From assembly GCA_002308435.1 (NCBI GenBank), contig DBUY01000058.1:1-37427 (forward strand): a stretch of DNA of 37,427 nucleotides, in the 5' to 3' direction. The notes beneath the pieces were generated by a model. That model did no database searches. It was not told the origin of the DNA and was given only the letters and a program-made list of their open reading frames with translations. A program made the position numbers and the translations under genes. Origin of the DNA: Proteobacteria bacterium UBA1278. Its GTDB lineage: Bacteria > Pseudomonadota > Gammaproteobacteria > Comchoanobacterales > Comchoanobacteraceae. Shown piece after piece: positions 1 through 10,399 of the stretch; the first letter of the stretch is position 1; every line of letters starts with the position of its first letter.

Positions 1-1677
1 ACCACCATAACACTTTGCTGTCACGTTTTTTCGCATAGCACTCACCGTTTCCCGCGCCACTATTTTTCCACCAATCGCCGCCTGGATAGCGACTGGGAAC
101 ATCTGTCTTGGAATAATCTCCTTAAGCTGCTTAGCCACCTGTCGACCAACGGACTCGGCCTTGCTGCGGTGGACAATAACTGCTAATGCATCAACTCGTT
201 CGGTAGCAATAAGAATGTCTAGTTTGACCACATCAGATACCTGATAATGATGAAAACTGTAATCCAGGGAAGCATATCCGCGACTTGCTGACTTGAGTTT
301 GTCAAAAAAGTCCATCACAATCTCGCTCATCGGCAAGTCATAGACCAAACAAACTTGTTTTCCAACATAAGACATTTCGACCTGCGTACCACGCCTGTCA
401 ATACATAACTTAATCACCGATCCCAAAAACTCATCAGGCACAATCATACTCGCTCGCGCGATGGGCTCTTTAATTTCCGCAATCAATGAGCCATCGGGTA
501 ACTTTGATGGACTATCTACGGCAATTTCTTCGCCCGCCTTTTTCATCACCACTTGGAATATTACGGTCGGTGCCGTTGTGAGTAAGGATAAATCGTACTC
601 TCGCTCGAGTCGCTCACGAATTATCTCCATGTGCAGCATCCCCAGGAAGCCACAGCGAAAACCAAATCCTAATGCCTGGGATGTCTCTGGTTCAAATTGA
701 AGAGACGCATCATTAAGTGTCAGTTTCTGCAATGCATCTCGAAAAGACTCAAAATCCTCAGTCGATACAGGGTATAAACCGGCATACACCTGTGGCTTTG
801 CCGGTTGGAAACCAGACAAAGGCGCGTCACAAGAATATTTCGCACCCGTAATTGTATCACCAACTGGCGCAGCATGAATATCCTTTATCCCTGCAACCAA
901 GTACCCAACTTCTCCACAAGCCAATTGCTGCTGGGATACACGTTTTGGCGTGAAAATCCCAACATCATCAGCCTGATACACCTTGCCAGTGGATACAATT
1001 TTGATGGACATACCCTTTCGAATGGCGCCATGCTTCACGCGAATCAATGAAACCACGCCCAGATAGCTATCAAACCAAGAGTCAATAATCAAGGCCTGTA
1101 GGGGCGCTTCAGGATTACCAACCGGTGCAGGTATACGATGCACTAACTGCTCGAGCAGATCAGAAACACCAACACCCGTCTTCGCACTAATATCAATAGA
1201 ATCAGTTGCATCAACACCAATAATCTCTTCAATTTCATGGCGAACACGATCTGGCTCAGCCTGAGGTAAATCAATTTTGTTCAATACCGGCAACACAGTG
1301 AGATCCTGCTCAACAGCATGATAACACACAGCAACTGTTTGCGCCTCAACACCTTGCGCACAGTCAACGACTAACAAGGCACCCTCACATGCAGCAAGCG
1401 ACCGGGAAACCTCGTAGGCAAAATCAACATGCCCCGGTGTATCAATAAAATTCAGTTGGTATTCCTGACCATCACGTCCCGTATATTTCAAGGTCACTGA
1501 TTGCGCTTTGATCGTAATGCCGCGCTCACGCTCAATATCCATACTGTCCAATACTTGAGACTGCATTTCACGCGCCGTCAGCCCCTCACACATCTGAATT
1601 AATCGATCGGACAAAGTGCTTTTCCCGTGATCAATGTGAGCGATAATTGAAAAATTACGAATAAACTGCATAGACAT
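1..1677 (-). CDS. lepA: Elongation factor 4 (LepA), C-terminus cut by window edge
   Basis: The reverse-strand translation from ATG 1675-1677 reads [26 protein letters not shown]...[10 protein letters not shown]...LNKIDLP..., which covers GTPase motifs G1-G4. It stays in frame to nt 1 (...[11 protein letters not shown]). The ORF track omits it because it runs off the window. Confidence 0.97.
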   Translation of the reverse strand, partial: MSMQFIRNFSIIAHIDHGKSTLSDRLIQMCEGLTAREMQSQVLDSMDIERERGITIKAQSVTLKYTGRDGQEYQLNFIDTPGHVDFAYEVSRSLAACEGALLVVDCAQGVEAQTVAVCYHAVEQDLTVLPVLNKIDLPQAEPDRVRHEIEEIIGVDATDSIDISAKTGVGVSDLLEQLVHRIPAPVGNPEAPLQALIIDSWFDSYLGVVSLIRVKHGAIRKGMSIKIVSTGKVYQADDVGIFTPKRVSQQQLACGEVGYLVAGIKDIHAAPVGDTITGAKYSCDAPLSGFQPAKPQVYAGLYPVSTEDFESFRDALQKLTLNDASLQFEPETSQALGFGFRCGFLGMLHMEIIRERLEREYDLSLLTTAPTVIFQVVMKKAGEEIAVDSPSKLPDGSLIAEIKEPIARASMIVPDEFLGSVIKLCIDRRGTQVEMSYVGKQVCLVYDLPMSEIVMDFFDKLKSASRGYASLDYSFHHYQVSDVVKLDILIATERVDALAVIVHRSKAESVGRQVAKQLKEIIPRQMFPVAIQAAIGGKIVARETVSAMRKNVTAKCYGG

Positions 1678-1857
1678 GACTTAAGCTATGTATCATCACA
1701 ACGACACAGCTGAGGATTGTTAACGGCTTCTATCATAATGAAAAAAAGTTTTTTTTGCAAGAAAACAGCGTTTAAATACCCGTATTATTCGAACAATCAG
1801 CGCCATGCTTTCTCATCAAAAAACGAATACAGTTCGTCACACCATCTCTAGCGTTGT

Positions 1858-2814
1858 TTGCAAACCATCATGCTATCTCGTACACTGACATCACGCCCAC
1901 TACGACATCACAGCGTGCACATCATCATTGCAGGCGGCTCAGGGTTTCTCGGCAGCCTTCTCATCAAAAAGCTCTGCTCTCACGGCGCAAAAATCACACT
2001 ACTCACACGCAACCCAAACAATGTCGATGCGCAGCCAAACGTAAAGATCGTCTACTGGGACGGCCAAACACTACAACTGCCACCCCACGAAAAACCCATT
2101 GATGCCATCATTAATTTGTGTGGATTATCCATTGCACGCTGGTGGACACCCTCGGCGAAAAACAGCATCACACAGAGTCGTGTCCAACCGAGTAAAGCGC
2201 TGGTAAAATGGTGCTTATCTACGAACAAACCCCCAAAAACCTTCGTACAAATCAGTGGAATTGATTACTACGACTTAAACACAACCGCTTGTAATGAAAA
2301 CGACAACCATGGTAATACGTTCTTAGCACGGCTATCCAAAGAGTGGGAGGAAACGACAATGCCTCTGCAACAAAGCGATACCCGCTTGGTCATCCCTAGA
2401 CTTGCGCCAGTACTTGCAAGAACACACCCACCGTTACTACCGCTACTGCTTTCGACACGATGTTGTCTCGGCAGTATCGCTGGACCAGGCTCACAATATT
2501 TCAGCTGGATACATCATGATGACTTCGTCAACATCATCCACAAAATGGTTCATACGCCAGAAATGACTGGGATCTACAATGTCTGCGCACCAAATCCGGT
2601 CCCCTACGCAACATTTATGCGGACACTGGCCTCCATCTGTCATCGACCACTGTGGTTATCCCTACCTAGCTGGTTCATGAAAAGCCTACTCGGTGAAATG
2701 GCAAGCCTAATTCTTGACAGTCGAAAAGTTTTCCCAACACGCCTCTCCAAATCGAGACATCAGTTCAAATATCCAGAGATACAACAAGCACTCACACAAA
2801 TCATACAATCTTAA
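1858..2814 (+). CDS. YfcH-like epimerase family protein (SDR Rossmann fold with a DUF1731-type C-terminus)
   Basis: It has a GxxGxxG motif (IIIAGGSGFLGS), a WIHHDD motif, and end-to-end resemblance to E. coli YfcH as I recall it. The start is TTG at 1858 and the first ATG is at 1870. Its stop overlaps the recO start (TAATG). Confidence 0.85.
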   Translation: MQTIMLSRTLTSRPLRHHSVHIIIAGGSGFLGSLLIKKLCSHGAKITLLTRNPNNVDAQPNVKIVYWDGQTLQLPPHEKPIDAIINLCGLSIARWWTPSAKNSITQSRVQPSKALVKWCLSTNKPPKTFVQISGIDYYDLNTTACNENDNHGNTFLARLSKEWEETTMPLQQSDTRLVIPRLAPVLARTHPPLLPLLLSTRCCLGSIAGPGSQYFSWIHHDDFVNIIHKMVHTPEMTGIYNVCAPNPVPYATFMRTLASICHRPLWLSLPSWFMKSLLGEMASLILDSRKVFPTRLSKSRHQFKYPEIQQALTQIIQS

Positions 2815-3554
2815 TGCACAAAAAACTCGACCGACAACCGTTTGTAGATGCCTATCTTATTCATAAGAAACCCTACCTTGAAAAAAAAGTCATGGCGTAC
2901 CTCTTCACAGAAACACATGGCCTTGTGGCTACCATGACTCATTGGTCGACTGCAAAAAAAAACCATCTGTCCGTATTCTCTCTTCTGGCATGCCAACTTT
3001 TGGTCAAACCTAACATTAGCCAACTAAAAAAAGTTGAGATAAAAACATTTCACCCACCACTCCAAGGCACCCATCTATTCGGCGGTCTCTATATCAATGA
3101 GTTGATCTATCGTTTCTGCGAAACCAACCAAGCACACCCCGAGCTTTATTATCTATATGCACAAACCATACAAGCACTGACCCACAAAGAACCGCTCGAT
3201 CAAACAATTCGTTTATTCGAATTCCGGCTACAAGAGCTACTTGGATATGGATTAAATTTTGAATGCTTATCCGAAACAAATTGCGATTGGTTTTATTTTG
3301 AACCTGAGCGAGGCTTACTGCCCAGCTTATCCTCACAAAAAAGACTGATACACCGCCATCAACTGGAAAAAATGTTTGAGCAACAGTTCGATGATCCTCA
3401 CACACAAGCCGCTAGCAAGAAAGTATTTGCGATTCTCGCTAAACATCTGCTTGGACAAAATCATCTATTCATTAAAAAAATACTCCCTAAGTCGACAAAA
3501 AGCAAAAGCAGTAGAAAAAATGTGCAAGATATACAAACAAACATCCCTGCCTAA
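2814..3554 (+). CDS. recO: DNA repair protein RecO
   Basis: The N-terminal OB-fold-like region (AYLIHKKPYLEKKVMAYLFTETHGLV) and the GLYINELI and FEFRLQELLGYGLNF motifs parallel E. coli RecO (GLYINELL, FELALLGHLGYGVNF). Confidence 0.8.
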   Translation: MHKKLDRQPFVDAYLIHKKPYLEKKVMAYLFTETHGLVATMTHWSTAKKNHLSVFSLLACQLLVKPNISQLKKVEIKTFHPPLQGTHLFGGLYINELIYRFCETNQAHPELYYLYAQTIQALTHKEPLDQTIRLFEFRLQELLGYGLNFECLSETNCDWFYFEPERGLLPSLSSQKRLIHRHQLEKMFEQQFDDPHTQAASKKVFAILAKHLLGQNHLFIKKILPKSTKSKSSRKNVQDIQTNIPA

Positions 3555-3625
3555 CCAAATACAGTTCCTAAAAAAAGAATCGCAGATAAGCCATACATAA
3601 CCAACAACCGCAGCCAGTTGATCAC

Positions 3626-3653
3626 TTGCATTTATGAACCACATAAGTATAAT
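3626..3653 (+). promoter_or_regulatory. Putative sigma70 promoter (TTGCAT, 16-nt spacer, TATAAT) upstream of the mini-lipoprotein/hemD unit
   Basis: There is a perfect -10 TATAAT at 3648-3653 and a -35-like TTGCAT at 3626-3631. It lies about 30 nt upstream of the AAGGAG RBS and ATG 3682. This is a sequence match only. Confidence 0.3.
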
Positions 3654-3681
3654 TAAAACGTAATGTCACGAAGGAGACTGA

Positions 3682-3813
3682 ATGCTAACCTCACAATCAA
3701 AAATGCTATTTCTGAGCGGCTTGTTGATCCTTAGTTTATGCGCTTGCCAAAACACGCTACACGGATTTGGCAGCGACGTTGCCGCTACTGGTAATGCAAT
3801 TGCCGGCAAATAA
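3682..3813 (+). CDS. Entericidin A/B-family small lipoprotein (43 aa)
   Basis: It is absent from the ORF track because it is under 60 aa. An AAGGAG RBS at 3671-3676 precedes the ATG at 3682. The translation is MLTSQSKMLFLSGLLILSLCACQNTLHGFGSDVAATGNAIAGK. It has a lipobox (L-C-A-C) followed by C-x-NT-x-x-G-x-G-x-D-x(4)-GNAI-x-G, as in E. coli EcnB (...[23 protein letters not shown]...). Confidence 0.7.
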   Translation: MLTSQSKMLFLSGLLILSLCACQNTLHGFGSDVAATGNAIAGK

Positions 3814-3815
3814 CA

Positions 3816-4613
3816 ATGGGGCAGCCGATGGCAGCGACAAGTCACAGCCACTGCACACCGCCAAACAACCAAAGTCTACACGCAGTACTAACACATACAT
3901 CCGGAACTGAGCAACTACAACAGCTTCTAACCAGCAACAACATCACCGTTTCTCACATTCCAGTGATGTCGATCAGCCCTTTATCGATCAGTACAATCAA
4001 ACAAACGGCACTACATGAAGCTGACGCGTGGATTTTTCTGAGCAGGCACAGCCTGGGCCACAATACGAAGCTGTTACAAGATGCACGCACAGACCAAACA
4101 GTCATTGCCATCGGCTCAGGCACCGCAGAGGCCCTTTTGTCACATGAGTTAGTTGTAGACTATATCCCAACGTCACATAGCTCACAGGGCATTATTGAAC
4201 ACCCTTTTTTCAATAGTGACAACACTTACAAAGTCCTAATTTTTTCCGAGCTATCAAGCCCATCACCGCTAAAAAAGGCACTCAATAAGCGCGGACACCA
4301 AGCCATACAAATCGCGACCTACCGGCAACAACCACGATGTACTTGTGAGCTCGCTAGTGCACTATCTCCAATCATTGATCAATCAACGCACATTACAGCA
4401 CACAGTCAGCGCGGACTCGAACACATCATAGCGACGATACATACTGAAAAGCTCGATGCACTGCTAGCAAAAATGCTCGTAGTGACGAATCAATCGATGC
4501 AAACATATGCATATCAAAAAGGGTTTCAATCAGTCATCTGTAGTGCAAACAATGGTGCGGCAGAAATACTCGACACAATCAAGCAACACGGCGTAGGAGC
4601 AACACATGGATAA
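3816..4613 (+). CDS. hemD: Uroporphyrinogen-III synthase
   Basis: It has the two-lobe HemD-like layout (VLTHTSG...IPVMSI...AIGSGTAEAL...). It sits directly upstream of hemX/hemY homologs, the canonical hemD-X-Y order. An alternative start is ATG 3828. Confidence 0.75.
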   Translation: MGQPMAATSHSHCTPPNNQSLHAVLTHTSGTEQLQQLLTSNNITVSHIPVMSISPLSISTIKQTALHEADAWIFLSRHSLGHNTKLLQDARTDQTVIAIGSGTAEALLSHELVVDYIPTSHSSQGIIEHPFFNSDNTYKVLIFSELSSPSPLKKALNKRGHQAIQIATYRQQPRCTCELASALSPIIDQSTHITAHSQRGLEHIIATIHTEKLDALLAKMLVVTNQSMQTYAYQKGFQSVICSANNGAAEILDTIKQHGVGATHG

Positions 4614-5634
4614 GCTACCTGAGCGTAAATCGCACAAAACAACCTCCTGGCGTATCGGCACAATCGCAGTTCGCCTACTGGGCCTCATCATGATTATTGC
4701 GATCATCGCTATACTAGTCATTAGCTATCGAAACAATTCGGCGCTCACCACTCAACTTGGCAAAACCAAGTCAGCAACAATAAAACAACCACTCGATCTG
4801 ACGAAAAAAAGAAATATCAAGCCAGTTGAAATTCAGACTGCCGATGCGCTCAATCACATTAACCAAGCGAATCTTTATACAAGAATCAGTTATTTTCAAT
4901 TGACCACACAACAAGATCCAGCAAGTGCTGTGACGTGGCTCGATCTTGCGCGCCAACAGGTACAGCTTAGCAAAAGCACTAATGCGAGCGACGCGCTTGA
5001 GTCCATTGCCGTGCTAAAAGAAAAAATCAACCAACTACCTGTGCCAAATTTAAACAACGTGCAAACACAGTTGGATACGCTTCGTAAAACGATTGACGAG
5101 CTCACCATAAAAAAAGTGCAGGCTACCGCTCAAACACACCATGCACCTGAAACATCCGAGAAAAAAAGCATCTTTAAGACATTAAGTAATTGGTGGCAAC
5201 AATTCATTGACTGGGCCAAAAGCAGCATCTCTATACAATCGCTAAACCAGGCGGAGTATCAAACCATTCAAAACTCTTTACAAAATGATCAGTTTAATCA
5301 AGTTGCTATGCAACTGATAGACCAGGCAACCTTAGCAGCGACCTATCAGGATACACGGCAATTTGGGTACGCACTTGGTAAACTTGACCTCTTAATTAAA
5401 TTCTCTGTTATCGATCCAAAAGTACAACAACCCATGCGTCAACAAATTGAAACGCTACAACAGCAGCCCGTCAGCATTAAGCCGCCCTGTTTTCGAGAAC
5501 TATTTATTTTACTCGGACAACCCATGTCAACCGAAACTGATGCGTCAATAAGTCCAGAGCGCGAAGTCACAAAGACACCACCATCGTCAAAAACTGAAAA
5601 AAATGCACATCTCATTCAAGAAATTTCAACCTAA
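4606..5634 (+). CDS. hemX: HemX-like inner-membrane protein (often mis-annotated as a uroporphyrin-III C-methyltransferase)
   Basis: It has one N-terminal TM helix (IGTIAVRLLGLIMIIAIIAILVI) followed by a long Q-rich helical region. It overlaps hemD by 8 nt and lies between hemD and hemY. Confidence 0.7.
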   Translation: MDKLPERKSHKTTSWRIGTIAVRLLGLIMIIAIIAILVISYRNNSALTTQLGKTKSATIKQPLDLTKKRNIKPVEIQTADALNHINQANLYTRISYFQLTTQQDPASAVTWLDLARQQVQLSKSTNASDALESIAVLKEKINQLPVPNLNNVQTQLDTLRKTIDELTIKKVQATAQTHHAPETSEKKSIFKTLSNWWQQFIDWAKSSISIQSLNQAEYQTIQNSLQNDQFNQVAMQLIDQATLAATYQDTRQFGYALGKLDLLIKFSVIDPKVQQPMRQQIETLQQQPVSIKPPCFRELFILLGQPMSTETDASISPEREVTKTPPSSKTEKNAHLIQEIST

Positions 5635-5643
5635 GGAAACAGT

Positions 5644-6789
5644 ATGCTTCGTAAACTTTTTGTTATCGCATTTTTTGTTATTCTCATCGGATTCATAGGA
5701 AAAGCCTACCGGCTGGATGAAGGACAAGTCATCATTCTAACTCAACAAATGAAAGTCTCAGTCCATCTAATCATGGCAGCAGCAATCGTCATATTCGTCT
5801 TCATCGTATTGCACTACTTCTTGCGATTTTTTGTGTTCATCAGACAATCACCTGGTAGCTGGCGAAAATACAAACAAGATCGAATCTTAAATAAAAGACT
5901 CGCTTTTTTGGAGAGCGCACTAGTAGATACGATCAAGGATGATTCGTCACTGGCAGAGTATCACTTCAAACGTGCTGCACAGCTTGATACTGAACGGCAC
6001 CAAATTGAACAACTTGTTGCGATTCGGCATCTAATCGATACGGGACAGCTTGAGCAGGCCCAATCAGAAATCTCTGACTTTAATACTGAAGACATTCAAT
6101 TAAAGTCATGTGCTCTCTATTTACTCGCAAAAATTTACCGTTTAAATCATCAGCCCAGTAGTGCCATCTCTAGTATTAAACAAATCAAGACTTATAAACA
6201 GTCCAAACAATTATGTCAGCTATTAGCCCAATGTCTCCTGGATGATAATCAGCATCAAGAGCTACTACAGCTTGTCACACAACGTTCAGCGCTCTCATCG
6301 GCTGAAAAGCAACAATGGGGCACAAAAGCACATACGCTGGCGATAGAAGAATATATCGCTACCAATCAAATTACAGATGCTATTCGTTACTATGAACAAG
6401 TGGCCTCTCATTTTGCCAAGGAACCCAATATCGTCATTGCCTATTTGGTCTGCCTGAATTTAAAACACGATATTAAAACACTGAGTCGACAAATTGACAG
6501 ATTCCTACCACAACTACTCACCAGCCAACATACTGATCACTTGATTCCCCTCATTGATAGTCTTGACCAAAAAGATTTGCTTAGACAAATCGAGTCTATT
6601 TGCCATCGAGCGCTAGAAAAGGCTGAAGAAAAAATTACCGCGCTAACGTGTAGAGCCATTGTGCATACAAAACAGAGCTACTATGAAAAAGCAATTGATG
6701 ACTATCAATCCATATTACATCTCAACCCAGATTTTACTATCTGTGTTGCGGCAAGACTCGCTATCTCAGAACTTGAGAAAAGAAAATGA
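5644..6789 (+). CDS. hemY: HemY-like membrane protein with TPR region
   Basis: An AAGGA RBS precedes the start. It has two N-terminal TM helices followed by TPR-like helical repeats, and it sits in the hemY position of the hemDXY cluster. Confidence 0.75.
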   Translation: MLRKLFVIAFFVILIGFIGKAYRLDEGQVIILTQQMKVSVHLIMAAAIVIFVFIVLHYFLRFFVFIRQSPGSWRKYKQDRILNKRLAFLESALVDTIKDDSSLAEYHFKRAAQLDTERHQIEQLVAIRHLIDTGQLEQAQSEISDFNTEDIQLKSCALYLLAKIYRLNHQPSSAISSIKQIKTYKQSKQLCQLLAQCLLDDNQHQELLQLVTQRSALSSAEKQQWGTKAHTLAIEEYIATNQITDAIRYYEQVASHFAKEPNIVIAYLVCLNLKHDIKTLSRQIDRFLPQLLTSQHTDHLIPLIDSLDQKDLLRQIESICHRALEKAEEKITALTCRAIVHTKQSYYEKAIDDYQSILHLNPDFTICVAARLAISELEKRK

Positions 6790-6812
6790 GCAGTGGTCAG
6801 GCACCCATAAGA

Positions 6813-7211
6813 TTAGTCAGAAATTTCAACACAAGTAGAAGATAAACGATAAGTACGCCTGGTCGCATCAGCTGAAAAAACTTTTATTGGACATTCACGC
6901 GGAAGCTGCGATGAAGAATTATCAGGTTTCTTTGGCTCAATTGTAAATAAGGACGCTTGTACGCCAAGCTCTTTCTCAACCGGAACAAGCACTACACAGC
7001 TCGCTATCGTTGGATCATAACGAATAGCCACACGTCCATCCGCCGGCAAACGATAGGTCTTTTGCGGATCTAAAACCGGCAAACAGGCTTCTTCGATACT
7101 GACTGAGATATCGTCCGCTGTACGATTCTGAAAAATCAAAGTAATCTTTTCAGCTGGAGACACCGATGCAAACAGCAGGCCCGGCAAAAAAAATAGAATA
7201 TGCAGTATCAT
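6813..7211 (-). CDS. Hypothetical secreted protein (signal peptide, several Cys)
   Basis: The ORF runs 6813-7265. The likely start is the internal ATG at 7209-7211 (MILHILFFLPGLLFASVSPAEK...), preceded by GAGGA. I recognise no family. Confidence 0.5.
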   Translation of the reverse strand: MILHILFFLPGLLFASVSPAEKITLIFQNRTADDISVSIEEACLPVLDPQKTYRLPADGRVAIRYDPTIASCVVLVPVEKELGVQASLFTIEPKKPDNSSSQLPRECPIKVFSADATRRTYRLSSTCVEISD

Positions 7212-7363
7212 AAAAAAGTAATCCTCATAGTTAGCCAATGTAGCATGTCGCACATCAAGGTGCAAAAACGGTAATGTGCGATTAAATATAATAACATTGA
7301 ATTACAGTATACATAGAAGATCACCTCATATAAAATACCGTGATTATTTAAGGGTTACAAAAA

Positions 7364-8431
7364 ATGATAAACACAACGCCCGAACGCAACATCATCGACA
7401 CCTTTGCACAGATCAGTTGGCAAGACTTGTCGATCAAAACCATACAGTCAACCCAATGTCCAACGACATTCACAGTAAACTACCCAACGTATCACCACCG
7501 GTGTAATCTCTCTCAACAAATACAAAAACAATTAGGACTCACTCAATCGCAACCAGTCACTATCAGAACACAAATCGAACGACACAAGCCACAAGGCATG
7601 CTACAACCCCTGAAGAAAATCAAAAACATCATCGCTATTTGCGCAAATAAAGGTGGTGTCGGCAAATCAACAATCGCCACCAATATTGCAGCATCCCTTG
7701 CCCAGGGCGGACATACGGTTGGCTTACTTGATGCTGATTTGTATGGGCCTAATCAACCCGAACTACTTGGCATCAACAGTAAGGCGCTGATTGAAAATAA
7801 TCAGTACCAACCGATTCAATCGCATGGCATATCACTCATGTCCATGGGTGTACTCGTTGATGAAAAGACCCCACTCGTTTGGCGCGGCCCCATGGCCAGC
7901 AACTACTTTCAACAAATGGTTTTCAATACCAATTGGCCCGCATTGGATTATCTAATCCTCGATTGCCCGCCAGGAACTGGAGATATCTTACTGACGATGA
8001 CACAAAAAGTACCGATTGCAGGTGTTGTACTCGTTCACACTCCCCAGTGCTTGAGCATCAGTGATGCCATCAAGGGAATCCACATGCTGAGAAAAATGCA
8101 AGTACCCATACTCGGTGCCATTGAGAACATGGCAGGGTTCAGATGTGTGCACTGTGATCAGATCAACCATATCTTCCCAGAAACCATGGCAGATCAACTT
8201 CAAAAACTACAAATCGAACAAATCAATCAAATTCCATTGAGTAAAGCCTTGGTGGATAGTAGCGAAATGGGAAAGCCTCTCGTGTGTAACCTACCTAACG
8301 ATTCGACCAGCCTTTTAATACACCAAATCGCCACTCAAATCGCTGCACGTCTGGCGTGTCGTCCCATTTCCACGCGTAATATATCCACACATACAAAACA
8401 ACAGACCACCGAATCGATAACAACATCATGA
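7364..8431 (+). CDS. apbC: Iron-sulfur cluster carrier ATPase Mrp/ApbC (NBP35 family)
   Basis: It has the deviant Walker A motif ANKGGVGKSTIATNIA, then LLDADLYGPNQP, and a CxxC pair (FRCVHCDQ). The roughly 90-aa N-terminal extension is typical of this family. Confidence 0.9.
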   Translation: MINTTPERNIIDTFAQISWQDLSIKTIQSTQCPTTFTVNYPTYHHRCNLSQQIQKQLGLTQSQPVTIRTQIERHKPQGMLQPLKKIKNIIAICANKGGVGKSTIATNIAASLAQGGHTVGLLDADLYGPNQPELLGINSKALIENNQYQPIQSHGISLMSMGVLVDEKTPLVWRGPMASNYFQQMVFNTNWPALDYLILDCPPGTGDILLTMTQKVPIAGVVLVHTPQCLSISDAIKGIHMLRKMQVPILGAIENMAGFRCVHCDQINHIFPETMADQLQKLQIEQINQIPLSKALVDSSEMGKPLVCNLPNDSTSLLIHQIATQIAARLACRPISTRNISTHTKQQTTESITTS

Positions 8432-8509
8432 AGAAATAAGGCTAAGGGCATATCAGTAGATTTTGATCAAAAAGCATGCTAGATTAGCCCAAGACAAACG
8501 GACGACGTT

Positions 8510-9103
8510 ATGAGCATAAAAAACGATCGCTGGATCATCGAACAAGCCGAAAAAGGAATGATCGAGCCATTTTCAGCAAGCCAAGTCAAACAAAAAGGTA
8601 GCGAGTCACTGATCTCTTATGGTGTATCAAGCTATGGCTACGATGTTCGCTGCGCGCGGGAATTCAAAATTTTCACCAATGTCCACGCGGCCGTCATCGA
8701 CCCGAAAGCCTTTGATCCCAATAGCTTTGTCACCATTGAAAAGGATATCTGCATCATCCCACCAAACAGCTTTGCACTGGCAAGAACAGTGGAATACTTC
8801 AAAATACCGCGCAACGTACTCACGATCTGCCTCGGAAAATCAACCTATGCCAGATGTGGTATAATTGTGAATGTGACACCGCTTGAGCCAGAATGGGAAG
8901 GCCACGTCACCTTAGAGTTTTCAAACACTACCAATCTTCCTGCCTATATTTACGCAAATGAGGGCGTGGCACAAATGATATTTCTAGAGAGCGACGAAAG
9001 CTGTATTCAGTCGTACAAAGATCGAGCGGGAAAATATCAAGGACAGACTGGGGTCACTGGCCCCATTGTTGGTAAGAAAAAGACTGTCGTGCCAGCTGAA
9101 TAA
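8510..9103 (+). CDS. dcd: dCTP deaminase
   Basis: The sequence [21 protein letters not shown]...SYGYDVRC...[25 protein letters not shown] is strongly Dcd-like. Confidence 0.95.
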   Translation: MSIKNDRWIIEQAEKGMIEPFSASQVKQKGSESLISYGVSSYGYDVRCAREFKIFTNVHAAVIDPKAFDPNSFVTIEKDICIIPPNSFALARTVEYFKIPRNVLTICLGKSTYARCGIIVNVTPLEPEWEGHVTLEFSNTTNLPAYIYANEGVAQMIFLESDESCIQSYKDRAGKYQGQTGVTGPIVGKKKTVVPAE

Positions 9104-9116
9104 CCAGCGTAAATAT

Positions 9117-10391
9117 TTAGTGGTCTTGCGTTTTTCCACCTAACCAAGGCGGTATCACATAGCGGGGAGATTTGCCAGACCGAGGCTTCGGACTCTGTGC
9201 AACTAACGCGTCAAAAACAATAGCAGGCACATCAAGCGGTGGCGATACCAATCGAGATCGCCGACTCATCGGTAGCGATGTCTTTGCAGTCAACGCAGAT
9301 TCATCATCTTGGTGCTCAACATAATCCATCAATTTATCAGTGACTGCCTGTAGCTGCTTTTTATCAAAAGAAACTTTTTTAGCCGAGTCCATATTAATCA
9401 GAGAGTGCGCCAATTCTTCCAACAACACCGATGATGCAGCGATTTCATTGAGTTGATGACATAACATGAGATAATCGCCATCTGCATCAAGCTTTGGTAA
9501 GGCCGGCAGCTCTCCTTTTAAATGGGCCCAGCCCTGCACAAATTTTGGATTTCGAATGAGTTGCTCAGATCGCTGGCGCAAGCGACGTGATTCACGCTCT
9601 GATGACCCCTTACGCTTTTGCTTTACGTCATGCCCACGTAACTCATCTGAGGATACTGACTTAGGTGTATTATATAAAAAATCAATTTGCTGTTGCTCTG
9701 TCGTCAAAATAGAGGGATCCAGCGGCGAGTTATCGCGGCAATCCAGAATCCCTTGAATGACAGTATCAATCGTATTTTCATCAAGTAACTTTTCCACTTG
9801 ATTGATATAATGCAAACAAGCAATCGAAAGACTACAGATCACATCCTCATTCGGATGCTGTGGAGAACGCCGCCTTTGTAATTGAACAACCGCCTGTAAA
9901 CGCTCAAATTTAGACTTCGATTTATTGATATAAGCCCGCAACTCAATTGTCGTTTCTCGCAACTCCCTGATCCGCTTAAAACCCTCAAGTAAGTTCTTAT
10001 CTATAATTTTATTTCTCGGTGAGGTCACAAAAATCTCCTGGGCAATTCTAGCAATTGTTATACAAAGAAAGCCCGACAAAAACAGCCCGAGGGACACGAA
10101 CCCAAATACAGCACCAATCGACACAGAGAACAACGCCGAAAACTCGACTCCTAAATACACAGTACCAAAAATAGATAACAAAACTTGCCCAAATTCTTTG
10201 ATACGATTAATGAAATGTTCTCGCGATGCCAGATGTGGATGCCGACTGTCAACAAACAGTTTCTCCTCATCGGTCAAATCTTCATAGTGTGAAACACGAT
10301 TAAGCATAACTAGCCGAAAAATGCTCTCTACTACCTTGCTGACCTGTCTCGAGTTGCGAAGTTTATTATCATACGAAGAATATTTTGCCAT
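9117..10391 (-). CDS. Hypothetical membrane protein with a bilobed hydrophobic hairpin and a long helical C-terminal region (paralog of 10400-11722)
   Basis: An AGGAG RBS precedes the ATG. The hydrophobic stretch at about aa 67-117 (FGQVLLSIFGTVYLGVEFSALFSVSIGAVFGFVSLGLFLSGFLCITIARIA) lies at nt 10041-10193. It shares motifs with the upstream gene. I recognise no family. Confidence 0.75.
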   Translation of the reverse strand: MAKYSSYDNKLRNSRQVSKVVESIFRLVMLNRVSHYEDLTDEEKLFVDSRHPHLASREHFINRIKEFGQVLLSIFGTVYLGVEFSALFSVSIGAVFGFVSLGLFLSGFLCITIARIAQEIFVTSPRNKIIDKNLLEGFKRIRELRETTIELRAYINKSKSKFERLQAVVQLQRRRSPQHPNEDVICSLSIACLHYINQVEKLLDENTIDTVIQGILDCRDNSPLDPSILTTEQQQIDFLYNTPKSVSSDELRGHDVKQKRKGSSERESRRLRQRSEQLIRNPKFVQGWAHLKGELPALPKLDADGDYLMLCHQLNEIAASSVLLEELAHSLINMDSAKKVSFDKKQLQAVTDKLMDYVEHQDDESALTAKTSLPMSRRSRLVSPPLDVPAIVFDALVAQSPKPRSGKSPRYVIPPWLGGKTQDH

Positions 10392-10399
10392 AGCGACTC

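Noticed and set aside
461-1050. The + strand ORFs 461..700 and 805..1050
   Set aside because: They are antisense to, and wholly inside, the strongly supported lepA reading frame. Their composition is low-complexity and they have no RBS.
3555-3815. Absence of hemC upstream of hemD, as a sign of pathway loss
   Set aside because: Gene order varies among gammaproteobacteria and hemC is probably elsewhere in the genome. This cannot be judged from one window.
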